The translations under genes were made by a program, and so were the position numbers. Below, piece after piece: positions 1 through 6,596 of a stretch of DNA of 64,000 nt (positions are counted from its first letter, which is position 1; each line of letters starts with the position of its first letter). Source of the DNA: a virus (taxonomy: Duplodnaviria > Caudoviricetes). The notes under the pieces were generated by a model. It did not search any database, was not told the origin of the DNA, and worked only from the letters and a program-made list of their open reading frames with translations. Location of the stretch: positions 2,166 through 66,165 of the IMG/VR virus record IMGVR_UViG_3300012956_000024. One strand, 5' to 3'.

Positions 1-78
1 GTAGCCGTCCCACTGGCCGTATTGTGCGAGCTTGGTTTGGCCGTCGATGACAGCCATGATGAGATGACGCGTACCCAT
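1..78 (-). CDS. Hypothetical protein, N-terminus only (MGTRHLIMAVIDGQTKLAQYGQWDGY...)
   Basis: Hand-translated; AAGGAG SD upstream; runs off the window edge. Confidence 0.75.
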   Translation of the reverse strand, partial: MGTRHLIMAVIDGQTKLAQYGQWDGY

Positions 79-85
79 GATGGGG

Positions 86-298
86 TTACTCCTTGAGTTG
101 TGGTTGTAGAGCGATAGTTGCGGCGAGAGCTTCCTGGCGGCGTGCTTCACGGCCGCGCAGGTATTCGGGTGATGCGTTGGGTGGTTCGCGCATTGACATG
201 CCGTAGCTGATCCAACCTTCAGCGAAATCGTCGAAGGTTGGATCGTGTAGCAGCTGGCGTTCGCGCGGTGCGCTTGTACGACGACGTTCTGGTTTCAT
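86..298 (-). CDS. Hypothetical protein, 70 aa
   Basis: ORF track; ATGA overlap with upstream gene. Confidence 0.65.
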   Translation of the reverse strand: MKPERRRTSAPRERQLLHDPTFDDFAEGWISYGMSMREPPNASPEYLRGREARRQEALAATIALQPQLKE

Positions 299-678
299 GA
301 CGGCTCATCTTCAGCGACAGGTATGGTCTGAAGCCTTGCGATCACACCGATTTCCACAAACACCAATGGAAGTGTTGGGTCAAGAGTCGTGTCGCTGAAG
401 ATCTGTGAAAATACGGTGCGACGTACGTGTGCTATCTGGCCTGTGCGCCAGACAGTATTGAGTGTCTTGCCGCCTTTGGAGGTATCGCATTCGACGAGCG
501 CGACGTAGCCGTCGGTGTGAAGTTTTTCGTGCTCGGGACACAACTTCCAGCCGGTGACGGTCTTGGATTCGAGTACAGGGCGCAAGCGTGTGTGCAACAG
601 GATGTCGCCCGTGTCGTGTGTGATCCCGCACACGGGGCATACGGCTTGTTCGATTGAAACGTATGATTTGTCGATCAT
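295..678 (-). CDS. Conserved phage/ICE protein with CxxC and CPEH motifs (putative Zn-binding)
   Basis: Start re-called to MIDKSYVSIEQAVCPVCG; ATGA overlap with 675..824. Confidence 0.75.
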   Translation of the reverse strand: MIDKSYVSIEQAVCPVCGITHDTGDILLHTRLRPVLESKTVTGWKLCPEHEKLHTDGYVALVECDTSKGGKTLNTVWRTGQIAHVRRTVFSQIFSDTTLDPTLPLVFVEIGVIARLQTIPVAEDEPS

Positions 679-824
679 GGCGCGCTCTCCAACAGTACAG
701 CGCCAGGCATCATTGGGGTTACGCCGGTGATGAGTAGCGTGTTGCCGTGTGTGTCTGTGATCCATACCTCGTCGCCTTTGCGCGAGGTTCTTTGTAGGGC
801 ATCGATGAGTTCGTTGACAGTCAT
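675..824 (-). CDS. Hypothetical protein, 49 aa (MTVNELIDALQ...)
   Basis: Hand-translated; fills gap with ATGA overlaps on both sides. Confidence 0.7.
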   Translation of the reverse strand: MTVNELIDALQRTSRKGDEVWITDTHGNTLLITGVTPMMPGAVLLESAP

Positions 825-1042
825 GGGTGCATCCTCTGCAGCCAGCTCTCGCTGTTGAGATCGGCCAGCGCCTGCTCTTCGGTGGCGTAGTAGCCCGAGT
901 CACGGGTGCCGGGCTCTTGATAGCCGTCGGGGTTGTTGTATGCGGTGCCGATGTAGAAACCGGCAGCAGAGCGTAGGACCATGAGGTCCGTGTAGAGGTG
1001 CTCGTTGGGTGGATCGAATGATGCAGCGATATACGAACGCAT
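821..1042 (-). CDS. Hypothetical phage protein (VLRSAAGFYIG...YYATEEQA)
   Basis: AGGAG SD before ATG at 1042. Confidence 0.75.
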   Translation of the reverse strand: MRSYIAASFDPPNEHLYTDLMVLRSAAGFYIGTAYNNPDGYQEPGTRDSGYYATEEQALADLNSESWLQRMHP

Positions 1043-1047
1043 GGGGC

Positions 1048-1245
1048 TTACTCCTGTGGGGTGATGCCAAGAGCTAGCAGTTGCTGCTCCAGGCGTTCGA
1101 TTCGGGCGTAGAACGACTTGCGCTCGCTGTCGCAATCGTCGTAGTCCTCGTTGAGGCTGATGTTGGCTTCGTTCTCCAACGCCAGCATGTCGCGGTACAT
1201 CCGGGCGCGGCTAATGACGTGCTTGAGTATGCGGCGGGTGTTCAT
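1048..1245 (-). CDS. Hypothetical protein, 65 aa
   Basis: AAGGAG SD; downstream of leader repeat copy A. Confidence 0.7.
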   Translation of the reverse strand: MNTRRILKHVISRARMYRDMLALENEANISLNEDYDDCDSERKSFYARIERLEQQLLALGITPQE

Positions 1246-1254
1246 GGTGTGATC

Positions 1255-1310
1255 TCCTTGGAGCAGGATGCTCAACAGGGAAGTGCCCCTACCCGTTTTG
1301 GGTAGTGGCT
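1255..1310 (-). promoter_or_regulatory. Two-hairpin early leader element, copy A
   Basis: GCCCCTACCC 1285-1294 with inverted arm 1300-1309; TGCTCAA 1269-1275; SD follows. Confidence 0.7.
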
Positions 1311-1316
1311 GAAGGG

Positions 1317-1727
1317 TCAGAGAGATGCGCGGATTTCCATGATCAGCTTGCCGAGGTTGTTCTCGCCGACGCCGAGGCATACGCCCCAGAAGACGTCGCC
1401 CCAGGTGTTGCCCTCAATGATGAGATGATTGCCTGTAGCAAGCAGTAGTTCGCGGTAAGGGGTCTGCGCGAATTTCTGCTGTAGCAGATTGCGCATTACG
1501 CTGATTTTTACGGTGTCCCAATCAAGCCGCATAGCGACGTAGCGACCAGCGCGTTTTGCTGCGCTTGCGTGAGCCATGCGCATGATTTGTTTGCGCTGAT
1601 CGAGGTTCAATGTTTTTGCAGCTTGATATGCATGCTCCGTGCTTGCGTATGTTTCACCATCCAGTACGACGAGGCATGGGCTGAAGTTGCTAAGCCAGCG
1701 GTACTCACCTTGAAACGAAATGATCAT
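1317..1727 (-). CDS. NADAR (YbiA-like) family protein
   Basis: Motifs WLSNF, STEHAYQAAK, KF.Q, LLLATG, EGNTWGDVFWG, G.NNLGK.IM.IR. Confidence 0.93.
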   Translation of the reverse strand: MIISFQGEYRWLSNFSPCLVVLDGETYASTEHAYQAAKTLNLDQRKQIMRMAHASAAKRAGRYVAMRLDWDTVKISVMRNLLQQKFAQTPYRELLLATGNHLIIEGNTWGDVFWGVCLGVGENNLGKLIMEIRASL

Positions 1728-1736
1728 TGAAATACC

Positions 1737-1789
1737 CCAGTGAATGAATCACAAAGCGTTGCTCCTACCCGCTTTTCAGCGGGTAGTCC
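1737..1789 (-). promoter_or_regulatory. Two-hairpin early leader element, copy B (divergent)
   Basis: GCTCCTACCCGC/GCGGGTAG stem; second hairpin GUGA/UCAC on minus strand. Confidence 0.55.
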
Positions 1790-1930
1790 TTATTTGCAGC
1801 GTCGCAGGATGAGCAGGATGGCGAGCGCGCAGCCGATGATGATTGGATCGAGGAGCAGAGTGCCTACGGCCAGGTAGACCGTGGCGATTGAGGTGAGGCA
1901 GGCGCGCAAAATCGGGTTGAAGCTGCTCAC
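1790..1930 (-). CDS. Small membrane protein, 46 aa, ~2 hydrophobic segments
   Basis: Hand-translated MSSFNPILRACLTSIATVYLAVGTLLLDPIIIGCALAILLILRRCK; AAGGAG SD, GTG start. Confidence 0.75.
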   Translation of the reverse strand: MSSFNPILRACLTSIATVYLAVGTLLLDPIIIGCALAILLILRRCK

Positions 1931-1958
1931 GATAGAGTCTCCTTGTACGTATCGGGTT

Positions 1959-2270
1959 ACGTCACAACGTCACACGGATTTGGGTGTCGCGGTGCTTTGA
2001 AAAGCTCGTCGGTGCGTTTTGAAAAAGCGTCGGTGGTCAAAGATTGACCAGTGTTTAGACGTCTATACGACTTTTTCGGCTGTAAGTCGTTGATTTTACA
2101 ACGTCACACGGCGAAGCTGAATATGTGACGTAATGTGACGTGGTTTGTGACGTGCTTTTTAGAAGCAATGTATACAGCATAGACTCTCTAAGTACCTAAA
2201 AAATAGGTGTTTTATGAAAGTCAAGTAGGTAGCTGATAGCTGTTCAGGATGTAACGTCACAAACGTCACA
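1959..2270. repeat. Array of 8 perfect ACGTCACA octamers with AT-rich core (putative origin or pac region)
   Basis: Forward 1959, 1967, 2101, 2254, 2263; reverse 2124, 2134, 2146; 14-mer ACAACGTCACACGG at 1964 and 2098. Confidence 0.85.
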
Positions 2271-2401
2271 GGTTGGAAACTGAATGCGGAAACCGGTACC
2301 TCTGACGCTCGCCAGCCGACTCAGTTTTGGAGCTGTGACGAAACCTGAACGAAAACACGGACGCTTGTACGTACACGTACATCTGTACGTACTGACGGTG
2401 T

Positions 2402-2446
2402 TTTCAAAAAACAAACGCCTCGCCCGGAGGGCGAGGCGTTTTGCAA
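2402..2446 (-). terminator. Rho-independent terminator
   Basis: AAACGCCTCGCC/GGCGAGGCGTTT stem then T-run on minus strand, just after stop at 2448. Confidence 0.85.
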
Positions 2447-2447
2447 A

Positions 2448-2555
2448 TCAGCGTTCGTTGATCATGCATGCGACGTTGGTGACGACGCGAACCACGAGGC
2501 CGGCGAGCAGGACGCCGCCGACGATTTTCAAAACGAACAAGGTTTCAGTGCTCAT
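2448..2555 (-). CDS. Small single-TM protein, 35 aa
   Basis: Hand-translated MSTETLFVLKIVGGVLLAGLVVRVVTNVACMINER; ATGA overlap. Confidence 0.7.
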   Translation of the reverse strand: MSTETLFVLKIVGGVLLAGLVVRVVTNVACMINER

Positions 2556-2890
2556 GTGAGTCTCCCGGCAAAGCGTTGCCATTGGCCTTCGGTCAGTAGT
2601 TTCCAGTACCGGACGACGCCGGTGTACGGCTTCTCCGGGTCTTCGCCTGGAATGATTTTGCGCTCGTACCCGTACAGATACTTGGCCATGCGAAAGCTGA
2701 TCGAGAACATGCAGGCCGCGGCCTCGGCCTGGATCATGTTCTCGGTTCCCCAGAACGCGTACATGATGAAGCCGTGCAGCGCGAGATCGTAAAAGCCCAT
2801 ATACCCGACCATGCGGCGTTTGGTTTGGGCTGACAGATAATGGCTAAGCAGCCAGACGCTGAAGAAGCTGACGACAGCCGAAGCGATCAT
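2552..2890 (-). CDS. Membrane protein, 112 aa
   Basis: Hydrophobic segments; ATGA coupling. Confidence 0.75.
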   Translation of the reverse strand: MIASAVVSFFSVWLLSHYLSAQTKRRMVGYMGFYDLALHGFIMYAFWGTENMIQAEAAACMFSISFRMAKYLYGYERKIIPGEDPEKPYTGVVRYWKLLTEGQWQRFAGRLT

Positions 2891-2973
2891 GGTCTGATCC
2901 TCTTGGAGATGAGAAGAAAGATGACGCCGATTATCACCGGCGCCATGTCAATCCAGAACTGCTCGTCCATCAT
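2887..2973 (-). CDS. Micro membrane peptide, 28 aa
   Basis: Hand-translated MMDEQFWIDMAPVIIGVIFLLISKRIRP; ATGA overlaps at both ends. Confidence 0.6.
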   Translation of the reverse strand: MMDEQFWIDMAPVIIGVIFLLISKRIRP

Positions 2974-3161
2974 CCGAGGATGATGCGCTTCGTGATGTAC
3001 ACCTGGGCGGCGTGGATGCCGAGGCATACCGCGACGAACCCGGTGGCGACATAGCCGACCTTCGCGTTGTCCGACGTAGCCGCCTTGATCAGGCGAGCCT
3101 TGAACGAGGGCTTGGCCGGCTTGATGTCGGAAATCTTGGCGCTGAGCTTGGGTGCGGACAT
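2970..3161 (-). CDS. Small protein, basic N-terminus plus one TM
   Basis: GAGGAG SD before ATG at 3161; follows leader copy C. Confidence 0.75.
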   Translation of the reverse strand: MSAPKLSAKISDIKPAKPSFKARLIKAATSDNAKVGYVATGFVAVCLGIHAAQVYITKRIILG

Positions 3162-3177
3162 GGTGTACTCCTCAAGT

Positions 3178-3234
3178 TGATGAGCGAGATTGCTCAATGA
3201 ACCATCGCCCCTACCCATGTGGGCAGAGGCGATG
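3178..3234 (-). promoter_or_regulatory. Two-hairpin early leader element, copy C
   Basis: 14-bp stem with two G-U pairs on minus strand; TGCTCAA 3191-3197, 9-nt spacer. Confidence 0.75.
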
Positions 3235-3238
3235 AGGG

Positions 3239-3502
3239 TCACGCTTGCGCGAACGCTTGCAGTTCGGCAGACGAGACGCTGCGTTTGTCGGGGTGCGCAG
3301 CGAAGTAGCGACGGATGGCGTCGTTGCGCGCACTCACCGTGGGGCGCGTGTTCGGCACCTGGGCAGGCACCAGACTCTTGAGACGCTTGATCTCACGCTG
3401 GGCGCACGTCAGGGAGTGCGCGTAGTTGGCGGCGAGGGCGCGCAGCTGGGCAGCTTCGGCACGGGAGGCAGCGAGCTGAGCGGTAAGGGTTACACGGGCC
3501 AT
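3239..3502 (-). CDS. Hypothetical protein, 87 aa
   Basis: AGGAG SD; follows leader copy D. Confidence 0.75.
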   Translation of the reverse strand: MARVTLTAQLAASRAEAAQLRALAANYAHSLTCAQREIKRLKSLVPAQVPNTRPTVSARNDAIRRYFAAHPDKRSVSSAELQAFAQA

Positions 3503-3507
3503 GATCT

Positions 3508-3563
3508 TCTCCTATGAGCGGAATGCTCAAGAGACGTAGCCCCTACCCACGAGGGCAGGGGCT
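3508..3563 (-). promoter_or_regulatory. Two-hairpin early leader element, copy D
   Basis: GCCCCTACCC 3539-3548 / GGGCAGGGGC 3553-3562; TGCTCAA 3524-3530. Confidence 0.75.
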
Positions 3564-3568
3564 TGCGG

Positions 3569-3718
3569 CTATGCGTACTCGGCCAGGATGGAGGGGATCA
3601 GATTAATTGCTTCGATACGGGTGGGGTAGGGGCCATAGTTGCCGGTTGCCTCGTGCCCTACGTACCAGCCATCGGCCTCACACCACACGTACATGTCGCC
3701 TACTTTCTCGCAGTCCAT
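3569..3718 (-). CDS. Hypothetical protein, 49 aa (MDCEKVGDMYVCGEADGWYVG...)
   Basis: Hand-translated; AAAGGAG SD. Confidence 0.7.
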   Translation of the reverse strand: MDCEKVGDMYVWCEADGWYVGHEATGNYGPYPTRIEAINLIPSILAEYA

Positions 3719-3724
3719 CACGCA

Positions 3725-3781
3725 CTCCTTTGGTTGGGATACTCAAAAGCAAATAGCCCCTACCCGTGAGGGTAGGGGCTA
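3725..3781 (-). promoter_or_regulatory. Two-hairpin early leader element, copy E (could also act as terminator)
   Basis: Perfect 12-bp IR TAGCCCCTACCC/GGGTAGGGGCTA; TACTCAA 3740-3746; TTTGCTTTT follows on minus strand. Confidence 0.75.
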
Positions 3782-3786
3782 GATGA

Positions 3787-3963
3787 TCAGATGCCGAATA
3801 CCTTGTTGAGTGCAACCTTGGCCAATGCGCCAGCGATGATGCCTGCCGAGCAGCCGATGGCGAGAGCGATGGCTACGTCCTTGCCGTTCTGTGGTGCGAC
3901 GCAAGCCTGGACAGCCTTGTTCTTGAGGTTGGTAGCCGAGGTCTTGAGGGATGCGAAGGTCAT
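3787..3963 (-). CDS. Small protein with C-terminal hydrophobic helix, 58 aa
   Basis: GGAG SD before ATG at 3963. Confidence 0.7.
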   Translation of the reverse strand: MTFASLKTSATNLKNKAVQACVAPQNGKDVAIALAIGCSAGIIAGALAKVALNKVFGI

Positions 3964-4095
3964 GGGATTCTCCAGTTGGGGGTTGTGTTGCACCATTCTT
4001 TGGCCCTACCCCCGCCTGGGCTGGTACCGGGGTATGGGACTCCGAAGGTTTTCTGTGGGGGTGCGTGAACCGAACCAAGGGCCGGCTTCTAGCAG

Positions 4096-4350
4096 TACGG
4101 GGGTAGAGAATCTGATATCCAAGAGGTCTAATCATTTTTTCAAAAAACATTGTGTCTATCACTTTTTTCGAAACTCAAAATCATTTTCCCGCCTCGTTTC
4201 GCCGCACATTCTATAAAATTTCGTTGCTAGCAGTGTCTTTATAATTTTGTACTCACACCTATTGTATTTCCATTTTTACACTCACATTCTGCTTGCGCGC
4301 CGCGCGCGTTTGGAGTAGGGTGCGCCGACGCACCCTATCGGAGCCCGCGA
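4096..4350. promoter_or_regulatory. AT-rich divergent control region between early and late arms
   Basis: Noncoding, T/A tracts, TATAAT 4240-4245, TATAAA 4212-4217, 9-bp hairpin 4317-4338; no clean -35 found. Confidence 0.55.
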
Positions 4351-4352
4351 AG

Positions 4353-4589
4353 ATGTCTTCATTCTCAGTAGCCCTCGAAAATTTGAAGCAAGGCCGAAAA
4401 GTCCGCCGTACCGGCTGGAACGGCAAGGGACTCACCCTCGAGCTGCAGCGCCCCGACGCGCACAGCAAGATGACCTTGCCCTACATTTTTATTACATACC
4501 CGGCCGATTCCCCGAATACACCGGGAGCCCGGTGTCCGTGGCTGGCCAGCCAGACGGACTTGCTCACTGACGATTGGGAGCTTGCATAA
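4353..4589 (+). CDS. tad2: DUF2829 family protein (Thoeris anti-defence Tad2-like)
   Basis: FSVALENLKQGRKVRRTGWNGKG ... PWLASQTDLLTDDWE. Confidence 0.88.
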   Translation: MSSFSVALENLKQGRKVRRTGWNGKGLTLELQRPDAHSKMTLPYIFITYPADSPNTPGARCPWLASQTDLLTDDWELA

Positions 4590-4590
4590 A

Positions 4591-4971
4591 ATGACCACGC
4601 GGCCGGCTACCATCAACTTCTACATGTACCCCTACGCCTCGTTTTCCGAAACGACGACGCTGAAGGACTCCGCCGGTGTGGCCATCGATCTCACCGGCCG
4701 CACAGCGCTGATGCACATTCGTCGGAACATCGACGATGTCACGCCGGTGCTCACGCTGAGCACGGCGGACAGTACGATCATTCTCGGCGGCGCGGCCGGC
4801 ACGATCGTCCTGGCGTTGAGCCCGCTGCAGACCAGCGCGCCGACCGTAGAGTGGGAGGGCGAGAGCTGGGTCCACGACCTCATCCTGACGACGACCGCGA
4901 GCGGCTTCGCCGAACGCACCTACCAGGGCGCCATTTTCGTCATGCCCGGTATCACGAGGCCCGCGCCGTGA
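4591..4971 (+). CDS. Virion structural/tail-fibre-associated protein (BppU-N-like)
   Basis: AIDLTGRTALMHIRR ... IVLALSPLQTS ... YQGAIFV.PGIT pattern. Confidence 0.6.
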   Translation: MTTRPATINFYMYPYASFSETTTLKDSAGVAIDLTGRTALMHIRRNIDDVTPVLTLSTADSTIILGGAAGTIVLALSPLQTSAPTVEWEGESWVHDLILTTTASGFAERTYQGAIFVMPGITRPAP

Positions 4972-5240
4972 GCCCCTCTCCTTCTTTTCCGTCATCCGTC
5001 GTGCGCGAAATCGTCGCGAATCCGAACCTGGCGCTGACGAACGCCGTCATCGCGCAGAAAATGCGGGAGCTGGCCGACGAGATTGAAAAAGGCGAGTACG
5101 GAGACGCGGTCGAACACGTCGTCAGCATCATTGTCCCGTACCGCGAGCCGATGGTGCGGTCTGTCCTCGGCGCGCGTTGCGCGAAAGCGCAGCTGATCGG
5201 TATCCTTGCGATGGCGCAACATGAAGAGCTGACGCGCTAA
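4968..5240 (+). CDS. Hypothetical protein, 90 aa
   Basis: GTGA overlap. Confidence 0.6.
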   Translation: MSPSPSFPSSVVREIVANPNLALTNAVIAQKMRELADEIEKGEYGDAVEHVVSIIVPYREPMVRSVLGARCAKAQLIGILAMAQHEELTR

Positions 5241-5265
5241 CCTTTCCCGCCCGGAGAAGCCTGAT

Positions 5266-5679
5266 ATGTCCGCTGTTCTTGCTCGCGCCATCCAGTTCGC
5301 CCTTCGCCCGCACATCAGCGGGAATGTGATTGACCGCGCGCAGATCGCCAACGCGCTGTACCTGTTGCCGCCACCGGAAGGCGCATCCTACAACCCGTTG
5401 CTCGACCACGCCGAACAAAACACGCCGAAGGGCTACCGGTTGACGGGGGCCGCGCGCGACCGCCTCGAACGGCTGAGCCGCGCACCGGACGCCGCGGCGC
5501 GTCGCCGCCTGCTGCACTCGTTCCGCAACGAGTCGATCCGCACGTTCGAGCCCGACATCCTCATCCTCGACGAGACCTTCGAAGAGGTCGAAAACAGAAA
5601 AGGCGTCGTTACATTGGCCCAGCTGCAGGCCGCCGTCGCCAAAGTTCGCCGTCCGCTTACCGAAGAGGACATCATATGA
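5266..5679 (+). CDS. Hypothetical protein, 137 aa
   Basis: GGAG SD; ATGA overlap downstream. Confidence 0.7.
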   Translation: MSAVLARAIQFALRPHISGNVIDRAQIANALYLLPPPEGASYNPLLDHAEQNTPKGYRLTGAARDRLERLSRAPDAAARRRLLHSFRNESIRTFEPDILILDETFEEVENRKGVVTLAQLQAAVAKVRRPLTEEDII

Positions 5680-6110
5680 ACGCGACCCCGATCATGAACC
5701 ACCTGAAATCCGAGCTGATCAAGGCATTCAACGCGAGTGGATTGACGAACGCGGAGTTCGCGCGCCGGACGGAGTGCTCCGAGCCGATGGCTCTGCGGCT
5801 GCGCGACCCGTTCGAGAACGTGCACCTTGACACGATCAATCGTGGTTTCAAAGCCCTCGGCAAGCGCATCGAAGTCAAGGTCGTGGCCTTGCTGCTGGCC
5901 ATCGTCCTGCCGACGGCCGCCCTCGCGCAGCCACCGTGCAAGGTGGTCGCCAGTGTCACCATCCATACCTACGACGGTCCCATCGAGATCGACGAGCTGT
6001 GCATGACCGTGACCTCTTACGCCAGTGTTCCCGGCGAGCCTGGCCAACGTCTGCACGTCGAGGCGGTGGACTTGGGCGACGGTATTTTCAAGAACGGCTT
6101 CGATCCATAG
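5676..6110 (+). CDS. XRE/HicB-type HTH fused to a signal-peptide-like segment and exported domain
   Basis: SGLTNAEFARR...RL.DP...DT...ALGKR, then VVALLLAIVLPTAALA-QP, ending DGIFKNGFDP. Confidence 0.75.
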   Translation: MNATPIMNHLKSELIKAFNASGLTNAEFARRTECSEPMALRLRDPFENVHLDTINRGFKALGKRIEVKVVALLLAIVLPTAALAQPPCKVVASVTIHTYDGPIEIDELCMTVTSYASVPGEPGQRLHVEAVDLGDGIFKNGFDP

Positions 6111-6175
6111 CGCTGGGCGCGATTCCAGTGCATCATCCGCGTCACCGCTCGCCGCACACTGTATAAGAGGGCTTC

Positions 6176-6592
6176 ATGATGGCTGCGTTCAACAAGTTCA
6201 ACGACTTTGCCGAACAGATCGGCCTGAAGAAGATCGACCTCAACGTCGACACCCTCAAGGTGTTCCTGACGAACGCCGCGCCTTCTGCCACCAACACTGC
6301 GTTCGGCACGCCGGCAGAAATTGCCGCCGGCAACGGCTACACGGCGGGCGGCGCTGATGCGCAGAACGTCTGGTCAGAGAGCCCGGCCGGCACCGGCCAG
6401 ATGGTCTGCACTGACATTGTGTGGACCGCCTCGGGCGGCACCATCGGGCCGTTCCGCTACGCCGTCCTCTACGACGACACCAGCACGGTCAAGCACCTGA
6501 TCGGGTGGTGGGACTACGGCTCGGCTATCACGTTGCAGATCGGCGAGACCTTCACGGTCGACTTTGATACTACCACTCTGACGTTGACCTAA
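6176..6592 (+). CDS. Tail-fibre-associated structural protein
   Basis: GNGYTAGG, GTIGPFRYAVLYDDT, LIGWWDYGSAITL.GETFTVDF. Confidence 0.7.
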   Translation: MMAAFNKFNDFAEQIGLKKIDLNVDTLKVFLTNAAPSATNTAFGTPAEIAAGNGYTAGGADAQNVWSESPAGTGQMVCTDIVWTASGGTIGPFRYAVLYDDTSTVKHLIGWWDYGSAITLQIGETFTVDFDTTTLTLT

Positions 6593-6596
6593 GACC

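Noticed and set aside
2101-2270. CRP sites (TGTGA half-sites)
   Set aside because: No TGTGA-N6-TCACA pair; spacing and orientation do not fit
2284-2559. 91-aa plus-strand ORF
   Set aside because: Opposes the operon, spans a terminator and an SD-coupled minus-strand ORF; no good SD
1255-3781. Early hairpin repeats as a CRISPR mini-array or sigma70 promoters
   Set aside because: Separated by whole genes rather than spacers; no -10 at correct spacing after TTGAGC
5266-5679. ATPase (ILILDE looks like Walker B)
   Set aside because: No Walker A and too short
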